A stretch of 64,000 nucleotides of DNA from Macrostomum lignano. Lineage: Eukaryota. The DNA is taken from NCBI GenBank assembly GCA_002269645.1, contig NIVC01001998.1, positions 62,001 to 126,000 of the forward strand, read 5' to 3'. The position numbers were made by a program, and so were the translations under genes. The notes under the pieces were generated by a model, which saw only the letters and a list, made by a program, of their open reading frames with translations, was not told the DNA's origin and did not search any database. Below are positions 29,401-38,800 of the stretch, one piece after another. Every line of letters starts with the position of its first letter. Within the stretch, counting starts at the first letter, position 1.

Positions 29401-31304
29401 GCCTGGGCGCTCGTCGGGCCTGCGACGCTGAGCTGTGCATCAACGGCGAGTGCGTCTCAACGCCCGACAAGATGACCGCCAGCTCGTGCCGCTGCAGCCC
29501 CGGCTGGGCCGGCTCGCTATGCGACGTCCAGTTGGAGGACTGGAGCGTCTGGACCGGCTGCCGGCCTGTCTGCGGCGTCAACCGGACTCGACAGCGCCGG
29601 AGGCGCGGCGATAGGCGCCAATACGACCGAGTGTACGTGGAGACGGAGCTCTGCCCGAGCAGGTGGGCGCTTTCATATTTTTTTACTAAATCTTGGTGTT
29701 ATACACTGGCTGACAAGCAGCCTCGTTGCAGCCAGCTTACAACAGGAGTCACAGGGACCTCTAGCCAGAGCCTCTGTAGCTGGCGCCCCCTCTGTAGCTG
29801 GCGCCCCCTCTGTAGCTGGCGCCCCCCTCTGTAGCTGGCGCCCCCTCTGTAGCTGGCGCCCCCTCTGTAGCTGGCGCCCCCTCTGTAGCTGGCGCCCCCT
29901 CTGTAGCTGGCGCCCCCTCTGTAGCTGGCGCCCCCTCTGTAGCTGGCGCCCCCCTCTGTAGCTGGCGCCCCTCTGTAGCTGGCGCCCCCTCTGTAGCTGG
30001 CGCCCCTCTGTAGCTGGCGCCCCCTCTGTAGCTGGCGCCCCCTCTGTAGCTGGCACCCCCTCTGTAGCTGGCGCCCCCTCTGTAGCTGGCGCCCCCTCTG
30101 TAGCTGGCGCCCCCCTCTGTAGCTGGCGCCCCCTCTGTAGCTGGCGCCCCTCTGTAGCTGGCGCCCCCTCTGTAGCTGGCGCCCCCTCTGTAGCTGGCGC
30201 CCCCTCTGTAGCTGGCGCCCCTCTGTAGCTGGCGCCCCCTCTGTAGCTGGCGCCCCCTCTGTAGCTGGCGCCCCCTCTGTAGGTGGCGCTCCCTCTGTAG
30301 CTGGCGCCCCCTCTGTAGCTGGCGCCCCCTCTGTAGCTGGCGCCCCCCTCTGTAGCTGGCGCCCCCCTCTGTAGCTGGCGCCCCCCTCTGTAGCTGGCGC
30401 CCCCTCTGTAGCTGGCGCCCCCTCTGTAGCTGGCGCCCCCCTCTGTAGCTGGCGCCCCCCTCTGTAGCTGGCGCCCCCCTCTGTAGCTGGCGCCCCCCTC
30501 TGTAGCTGGCGCCCCCTCTGTAGCTGGCGCCCCCCTCTGTAGCTGGCGCCCCCTCTGTAGCTGGCGCCCCCTCTGTAGCTGGCGCCCCCTCTGTAGCTGG
30601 CGCCCCCCTCTGTAGCTGGCGCCCCCCCTCTGTAGCTGGCGCCCCCTCTGTAGCTGGCGCCCCCTCTGTAGCTGGCGCCCCCTCTGTAGCTGGCGCCCCC
30701 TCTGTAGCTGGCGCCCCCTCTGTAGCTGGCGCTCTGTAGCTGGCGCCCCCCTCTGTAGCTGGCGCCCCCTCTGTAGCTGGCGCCCCCTCTGTAGCTGGCG
30801 CCCCCTCTGTAGCTGTCTGTAGCTGGCGCCCCCTCTGTAGCTGGCGCCCCCCTCTGGCTGTAGCTGGCGCCCCCCTCTGTAGCTGGCGCCCCCTCTGTAG
30901 CTGGCGCCCCCTCTGTAGCTGGCGCCCCCTCTGTAGCTGGCGCCCCCTCTGTAGCTGGCGCCCCCTCTGTAGCTGGCGCCCCCCTCTGTAGCTGGCGCCC
31001 CCTCTGTAGCTGGCGCCCCCCTCTGTAGCTGGCGCCCCCTCTGTAGCTGGCGCCCCCCTCTGTAAGCTAGAAACGGTACGTCTTTTCACTATCAGAAGGG
31101 TTGGCGTGCAAACTGCCGAATTTCAGGTCCTGCTACGCCGACACGAATGATCTGGAGTACTCGGCCTACCAGACGCTGACCCACGCCACTAGCGCGGATG
31201 CCGCCGCCCTCACGGGCTGCGCACTGCTGGCTTTGCTCAGCTTTGTTGGCTTGCGATTCTGGCAGCCTCGATTTGCTGCCGTTGAGGGACAGCCAGCAAG
31301 CTGA
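26085..31304 (+). CDS. Gene 2 (whole span, 5 exons, 599 aa): secreted/membrane EGF-repeat + TSP1-like protein
   Basis: Exons 26085-26471, 26935-27452, 27992-28269, 29224-29662, 31127-31304; 1800 nt open. Hydrophobic N-terminus, EGF motifs (CRCRPGFVGVFC, CTC, CRCSPGWAGSLC), WSVWTGC..CG..RTRQR segment, C-terminal hydrophobic stretch LTGCALLALLSFVGL. Confidence 0.8.
26935..27452 (+). CDS. Gene 2 exon 2
   Basis: Acceptor cggcag, donor AC|GTGAGT. Confidence 0.82.
27470..27890. repeat. Degenerate ~38-bp repeat, gene 2 intron 2
   Basis: Recurring gtatcttgtgaccttgaaa..ctcttatcaaag. Confidence 0.8.
27992..28269 (+). CDS. Gene 2 exon 3 (EGF-like)
   Basis: In-frame acceptor ctgacgcacag, donor G|GTAAAT. 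Confidence 0.78.
28372..29112. repeat. 15-bp minisatellite, gene 2 intron 3
   Basis: Unit gcaggggctttagca; related to 34990-35890. Confidence 0.92.
29224..29662 (+). CDS. Gene 2 exon 4 (EGF + TSP1-like)
   Basis: In-frame acceptor ccgcag, donor AG|GTGGGC. Confidence 0.82.
29770..31064. repeat. 17-19-bp minisatellite, gene 2 intron 4
   Basis: Unit ctctgtagctggcgcccc(c). Confidence 0.95.
31127..31304 (+). CDS. Gene 2 exon 5 (hydrophobic tail, stop)
   Basis: In-frame acceptor tttcag, TGA ending 31304. Confidence 0.72.
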
Positions 31305-31864
31305 TGTTTGCAGCGGGGCTTCAAACGTCTTCGTCTTCAAGTTCATGAAATTGACTAATGGAACCAGCTAATTGGTTTGTCAAATTTGTTTAAAAATTGA
31401 ACAATTTATTTAAGTCCTCCTTGCGTTGTAAGTTGTCTTATAAACATTAATTGTTAGTCGTAAGTTTATAATCACACGAGTTCTGTTGATATTTAGACAG
31501 GTTTTTAATCAATATTTCGGATTCATCAATTTAATACAACCGTGAGAAACTCAAAAAACAGAGAAAATGGTGACTTCCTTTGCTTTTGTCTTTTTGTTTG
31601 CTTTTCTCGAACTTCGTAACTGCATGTGACTTGATGGATTCAATCTAAATAAGTCACTGATTTTTTCTGCTTATTTTTGTTAAATTTTTGCTTCATCAAA
31701 AGCCAGAGAGATCGGCAGCCAAGGTACTTTGATTATACATACTTATTTTATTTGCTTGCAGTGGGAGCTCCTTTTGTTGTAGCAGTGTCAGTTAATTGGT
31801 TGCAACCGCAGAAACTATAGTAAAAGTATGCCACCTGCAAAAATACGCTCATCTAGCTCGTACC

Positions 31865-32330
31865 GGTACTCTTTCTTAGTAGCGAAATTACCAAAAATAT
31901 AGTGAAAATTTATTTACATTTTACAGGATATTAAAAGTTTTTGAAGCTGTAACAGTCGCCTCTGGCTTCTCTATTAAGCAGACCCATCAAATTAGCATAT
32001 TCATCCTGTTTTACCGACTGCCTCAGAATTGAAATAATAAAAAATGAATCTATTTAAAACTGAAAAATTTAGAAAACTTAAAAGCCAAATCCAGTGCGAG
32101 TGCATAGCGAGCAAGAGAGAAAAGGGGTGGCGCCCCAGCCCTCAGCCAGGCCGATAAGCAGTTTGGCTTTTCTCTTGCCCGCTTGTGTCTTTGACCTCTC
32201 TCTCCTTACTGCTCTCTCATTGGCTGAGCCAGATTGGACCTGCCCCCTAGGCTTAATTTCGTCCGTCTGACTTTGATCTCTCCCCTTACTGCTCTCTCAT
32301 TGGCTGATCGAGCTAGATTGGACACTGCGC
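31865..32330 (+). repeat. Dispersed repeat copy B, lacking the middle of copy A
   Basis: Same blocks as 24330-25470 in the same order and orientation. Confidence 0.65.
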
Positions 32331-32429
32331 ACACGAACTAGATTTTCTAATTCTTTTAAAAGTTTAATTGCAAGGGACACATCTAGTTGTCCTAGCATCT
32401 GTGGTTGCAACATGCTGGCAAGATGCCAG

Positions 32430-32806
32430 TTACCAAGGCGCAAACATTGCCACAATCATTACCATTACAGACGCAGCAAGGCTGCACTTTTTTCGGCTGC
32501 AACTGTTATTTCGATCGTCGTCGAGATTAACGTCGACAACATCGATTCCCAGATGTTGCAGCTCAGCCGTGGTTGGCACCGCTGTTGGATTGTCCAATTC
32601 AATCACGTTAGACGCTAAGCCGGTAACGTTGGCAGCGGAAATCGCCGTCACAGCTAGGAAGGTTTGGCTTAAACCGAGCGAACTAACTTGACTGAAGATG
32701 TTTGCGGATGCTTTTGGCGTTCTAAGTAGCTCCTGTGCGATTGAAAAGTTATTACCTAGCAACTGGCCAGGCGATGCAGCGAAACGAACCGAGTAAGCTG
32801 GTACGT
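32430..32806 (-). CDS. CLCA-like exon 9 (end of FN3-like region, hydrophobic tail, stop)
   Basis: Acceptor caacag, TAA at 32432-32430. Confidence 0.85.
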
Positions 32807-35800
32807 CTGTTGGTTGAATTGAGACGAACAATTTCTAGTCGAATATAACGAGTTACAAATTTTCGACAATAGAAAAACGAATACTGTTTTAATGACCACG
32901 ATTCGTTGAAGAAAATCGAGTGTTCAAATTTGGTCCAAGAGTAACAAAATTCCTGTCTCTCTAAGTTTAATGGGAAACGAAACTTCTAATAGTAAACTTT
33001 TACAACCTTGTAATTATTATTTCTTCTAAAACTATTCGGGTTTGGTTTTAGTTGCGACCTTTTTTACTGTTGTTGTTCTATCATTTTTATTTGAAATTTG
33101 CGATTATCCTAGAAGTATAGCTGGCAATATTGAAACTAAGTGATGACATGACATGACATACTTGGACCGTCCGATTGTCCTGATGGATCTTCAACTGCCG
33201 TCCAGGATAGAAGCACAGTTCTGGTCGAGACGCTAACGCTCAATCTGAGGTCCGTGATCCGAACAGGCGCTGTCAGGCTCTTTTCAAAGCTCGGATTGCT
33301 ATTAGCAACCGTCAGTTTGCCGGCTGAAGCAACCCGACTGAGCGGTGAGGTGCAAATTATTGAAACAGAATAGTCGCGAGAGATACTCACAGCGTCGGCT
33401 GGTATGTAACCGGAGTAAGTGCCGTCGTTTGCCTTCAGATCGGCTCCTGAATTGGTGTTAAAAGGTGACTGATTTTAGTTTATTCGTTTAGAAAGCAAGG
33501 TCACAGGATAATTTTCCTCATTTTCAAGTTGGTATTTCAATATTCTATCATCAAGCTCATCAGATAAATATAGCCCTCAAGAAAAACAAGACCTAGCAAA
33601 GTTTTCTAGCTTATATAGGAAATTTTCGCCCCCGTCGCAACCTACCGGCCCCATTGTCTGTCAGATTAAATCGAGCCACTCGACCTTCGTTTGACCTGAC
33701 AGCGGCAAACAGCCGAGCCCCGGCAACCGGAGTGTAGCCTCGCATCAAGCGAGCATAAACGCCTATCAGTGTGCTCTCCGTCACTGCCTGCACCCAGTCT
33801 GGGATAACGTCACCGCTGAGCGTAGTGGGCAGATCCGCAGTTTCAGTAGCCGATACTGCAGGCGCTGGCCTCCCAGTAACGACAACCAGGCCGCTCCTGA
33901 CGGTGTCAGCTTGCCTTCTGAATCGTCGGTAAACCCGGCGTCGCTGCCAGACCGAACTCGACGTAGCCGCCAGGTTTTCCAGCGACCAACGGCCAATCTA
34001 ATTTTCACAATTGAAGCATTATAATAAAAAACTACTTCCTATACGACTTTCTGTCAGGCGGTACATGTAGTTCCGAGAGGACAGACAACTCACCACAATA
34101 TCCTTGTCAGGAATCCGCACAGACACGGTGCCTGAAGCTGTGTCCACCGTGCAGGCACTGTTATCGCCAGCTCCGCTGCAGTTGAAGGACTTGCCGTTCG
34201 GCGATCGAACCATCAGCCGCAAGCTGGCCGCCGAGGCGGGCTCGGCGGGGAAGGACAGCACGAAAGCGAGGTCGCGACGAATCGACGAGTCGACATTGAA
34301 TTCTAGACGACGTTGAAAATTTGGCCGGACCTCCTGAGTAGCCAGCTGAGGTAGTTTGTTAGGGGTATTGCGTATTATTAATATGTTCTCTGAAAGGCGT
34401 CCAGAAGTGTTCACACTATATCTGTGACTTGGAGGATGGCTCTTATGGGCGTGAATCATGGTAGAGCAGCTTCGGGTGAATCGGCAGAATTGCCTCAGCG
34501 CTGGCTATGGACGATGACACCGAAGGTGAAGGCGTATGCCAGGGTGCCCACAGTTTGCTCTGCAACTCACGGTGATGACTCTATCAGCAGCAGCCACCGC
34601 GGATGTGGTGCCGCCCAGCGACAGCCGCAGTCCCGCAGCCGCCAGCCCACCAGCGGCGTCGGCGCCGGCCGCTTCGCCAAAAAACTGACGACCTCCGGTG
34701 ACATCGGCCAGACGCGACATCCGAGTGTCAGCTTGGTCGCCGTAGCGAACGGACACGACCTCCAGGCTGCTGGCAGCCAGTGCATTAATCGTCGCATCTA
34801 AAACGCCATCGCAGCCTTCTTCGCCGTCTGACAGGAGAATAATTTGTCCCGTAGAGCGACGATTCGGACGATGCGGATTCACGCCTAGCAGCTGGTTGGC
34901 GAGGGGTTTTGTTTCTGGCATGGAGTCAACAGGTGATAAATCATTCGATGACTTCCCATGCATTGATCTGTAGTATACACCATCTACACCCCTGGTGCTG
35001 GCGCCCCTGGTGCTGGCGCCCCTGGTGCTGGCGCCCCTGGTGCTGGCGCCCCTGGTGCTGGCGCCCCTGGTGCTGGCGCCCCTGGTGCTGGCGCCCCTGG
35101 TGCTGGCGCCCCTGGTGCTGGCGCCCCTGGTGCTGGCGCCCCTGGTGCTGGCGCCCCTGGTGCTGGCGCCCCTGGTGCTGGCGCCCCTGGTGCTGGCGCC
35201 CCTGGTGCTGGCGCCCCTGGTGCTGGCGCCCCTGGTGCTGGCGCCCCTGGTGCTGGCGCCCCTGGTGCTGGCGCCCCTGGTGCTGGCGCCCTGGTGCTGG
35301 CGCCCCTGGTGCTGGCGCCCCTGGTGCTGGCGCCCCTGGTGCTGGCGCCCCTGGTGCTGGCGCCCCTGGTGCTGGCGCCCCTGGTGCTGGCGCCCCTGGC
35401 TGGCGCCCTGGTGCTGGCGCCCCTGGTGCTGGCGCCCCTGGTGCTGGCGCCCCTGGTGCTGGCGCCCCTGGTGCTGGCGCCCTGGTGCTGGCGCCCCTGG
35501 TGCTGGCGCCCCTGGTGCTGGCGCCCCTGGTGCTGGCGCCCCTGGTGCTGGCGCCCCTGGTGCTGGCGCCCCTGGTGCTGGCGCCCCTGGTGCTGGCTCC
35601 CCTGGTGCTCAACCTGGTGCTAAAGCCCCTGGTGCTAAACCTGTTGCTGGCGCCCCTGGTGCTAAACCTGGTGCTAAAGCCCCTGGTGCTAAACCTGTTG
35701 CTGGCGCCCCTGGTGCTAAACCTGGTGCTAAAGCTCCTGATGCTTAAACCAGGTGCTAAAGCCCCTGATGCTTAAGCTAGGTGCTAAAGCCCCTGGTGTT

Positions 35801-38800
35801 AAACCTGGTGCTAAAGCCCCTGGTGTTAAACCTGGTGCTAAAGCCCCTGATGCTAAACCTGGTGCTAAAGCCCCTGGTGCTGGCGCTCCTGTTGCTAAGT
35901 AGCTCGTAGCTTGTACATTACACAACACAGTAATTCTCCCTCACCTGCATAGCCCGCTGAACAGCTCCACCAATGCAGGTGCCACCTTTTGCCTTCAGGC
36001 CAGAGACAGCTTGCGCCAGTCGCTGTCTTGCAGCCGGTGAATCAATCGTTAGAAAATTTACCAGCACAGTGGCTTTTCTGTTGAAGCTGATCAGTGCGCA
36101 CTCTGCTCCATTTTCCAGTACCTCAGTTAGGAACTGGTTGACTGCACCGATCATGTTGCTGATGCGGCTGTCCTGCGTGGTTCGATGGCGAATCTCTGTG
36201 TATTTTGGATTATATTTCGGTAATCTGAGGGTACCTTTAAAAAGGACGAATCTCGGGAGTACCTTAGTGAAGAATCTCGGGAGTATCTCATGGTAAGGAA
36301 TCTCGGGGTTTGGTGACGAATCTCGGGGTATCTTGGTGACGAATCTCGGGAGTACCTTATGACGAATCTCGGGAGTATCTGGTACGAATCTCGGGAGTAT
36401 CTTGGTACGAATCTCGGGAGTATCTTGGTGACGAATCTCGGGGTATCTTGGTGACGAATCTCGGGAGTATCTTGGTGACGAATCTCGGGTATCTTGGTGA
36501 CGAATCTCGGGAGTATCTTGGTGACGAATCTCGGGAGTATCTTGGTGACGAATCTCGGGAGTATCTTGGTGACGAATCTCGGGAGTATCTTGGTGACAAA
36601 TCTCGGGAGTATCTTGGTGACAAATCTCGGGGTATCTTGGTGACAAATCTCGGGGTATCTTGGTGACAAATCTCGGGGTATCTTGGTGACGAACCTCAGG
36701 GTATCTTGGTGGCTAATATCGGGGTATATTGGTGACGAATCTGTGGGTATCTTAGTGGCGAATCTCGGGGTATCTTTGAAGTGACTCTTGTGGTATCTTT
36801 TTAGCTGCATTTATACTCACGCTACCCATGCTGCCTGAGGTATCCATGACAACCACCACGCGTCGCTTTTCAGACTCGGCTACCAGCTGAAATCGAACCC
36901 CAGAATCATCGGCCGGTCCACTTCTCGGGCCGTCAACATCTCTTTGAAAATCTTCGTGCATCCTGACAATCTCAGCCGCGCTCAGGCCTCCGCAGTGCCT
37001 GTTGAGCAGATTGTCGGCGCCTCTGTTGTGCACCAGCTTGGGATTCGATACCCGACTGACGGAGTCGCAGAATGCAGCGACCCCGGAGCTGTAGGGCGCG
37101 AATAAGAATGATGCAGCGTTTGAGTCCGGCAGCTCCGTCACCTCTATGCTGCAGTTGTCGCTCAGCTGTTTCGTGTCAGCATTGAAGGCGCAGCGGCGAC
37201 TGGCACCGTTGCCTGCGGGAACTCGCAGCTCAGTTTGCAGAGCCGGGCTGCAGGATGCTGTCCTGTACTGGCGAGTGCTAGCAGAAGTGGCCACGGTCTG
37301 CAGCAGGCTGCCTAATGGGGCCTCGCTCAACAGGCCCCAGCGGTATTGCGAGAAGTACAGGGCGAGGCGCCGGCCCACTGTGAGTAATTATCAGGGGGGG
37401 GGCATTGTTGGTTGAGTTCAGGTTGGAAGTTTGTCAGCTTTGCGATTGGCAAGATAGAGACTCAAGGTGAAAATTTCAGAGTCAACGTGTCATGGTGTCA
37501 GGGCTCCATCATCCTCTGCTCCCTCATCCTCCACTCCCTCATCCTCTGCTCCCTCATCCTCTGCTCCCTCATCCTCCACTCCCTCATCCTCCACTCCCTC
37601 ATCCTCTGCTCCCTCATCCTCCACTCCCTCATCCTCCACTCCCTCATCCTCCACTCCCTCATCCTCCACTCCCTCATCCTCCACTCCCTCATCCTCCACT
37701 CCCTCATCCTCTGCTCCCTCATCCTCCACTCCCTCATCCTCCACTCCCTCATCCTCTGCTCCCTCATCCTCTGCTCCCTCATCCTCTGCTCCCTCATCCT
37801 CCACTCCCTCATCCTCCACTCCCTCATCCTCTGCTCCCTCATCCTCTGCTCCCTCATCCTCCACTCCCTCATCCTCCACTCCCTCATCCTCCACTCCCTC
37901 ATCCTCCACTCCCTCATCCTCCACTCCCTCATCCTCCACTCCCTCATCCTCTGCTCCCTCATCCTCTGCTCCCTCATCCTCTGCTCCCTCATCCTCCACT
38001 CCCTCATCCTCCACTCCCTCATCCTCCACTCCCTCATCCTCCACTCCCTCATCCTCCACTCCCTCATCCTCCACTCCCTCATCCTCTGCTCCCTCATCCT
38101 CTGCTCCCTCATCCTCTGCTCCCTCATCCTCTGCTCCCTCATCCTCCACTCCCTCATCCTCCACTCCCTCATCCTCTGCTCCCTCATCCTCCACTCCCTC
38201 ATCCTCTGCTCCCTCATCCTCTGCTCCCTCATCCTCTGCTCCCTCATCCTCCACTCCCTCATCCTCCACTCCCTCATCCTCTGCTCCCTCATCCTCCACT
38301 CCCTCATCCTCTGCTCCCTCATCCTCTGCTCCCTCATCCTCTGCTCCCTCATCCTCTGCTCCCTCATCCTCCACTCCCTCATCGTCCACTCCCTCATCCT
38401 CTGCTCCCTCATCCTCTGCTCCCTCATCCTCTGCTCCCTCATCCTCTGCTCCCTCATCCTCCACTCCCTCATCCTCCACTCCCTCATCCTCCACTCCCTC
38501 ATCCTCCACTCCCTCATCCTCTGCTCCCTCATCCTCCACTCCCTCATCCTCCACTCCCTCATCCTCCACTCCCTCATCCTCCACTCCCTCATCCTCTGCT
38601 CCCTCATCCTCTGCTCTCTCATCCTCTGCTCCCTCATCCTCTGCTCCCTCATCCTCCACTCCCTCATCCTCTGCTCCCTCATCCTCTGCTCCCTCATCCT
38701 CTGCTCCCTCATCCTCTGCTCCCTCATCCTCCACTCCCTCATCCTCTGCTCCCTCATCCTCTGCTCCCTCATCCTCTGCTCCCTCATCCTCTGCTCCCTC

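Noticed and set aside
28283-31089. Long repeat ORFs (LLKP, APATEG) and similar ones at 4935-5992, 34909-35775, 35918-36810, 57996-58853 and 7058-7708
   Set aside because: All are satellite translations
27960-31130. Gene 2 as a frameshifted pseudogene
   Set aside because: The first-seen acceptors give stops, but downstream AGs at 27991, 29223 and 31126 give a fully open 600-codon frame
33337-33390. Short extra intron in CLCA exon 8 (GTGAGT at 33390)
   Set aside because: Nearby AGs are out of frame and lead to stops; read-through (SRDYSVSI) resembles the CLCA GRYSVKV segment. cDNA would settle it.
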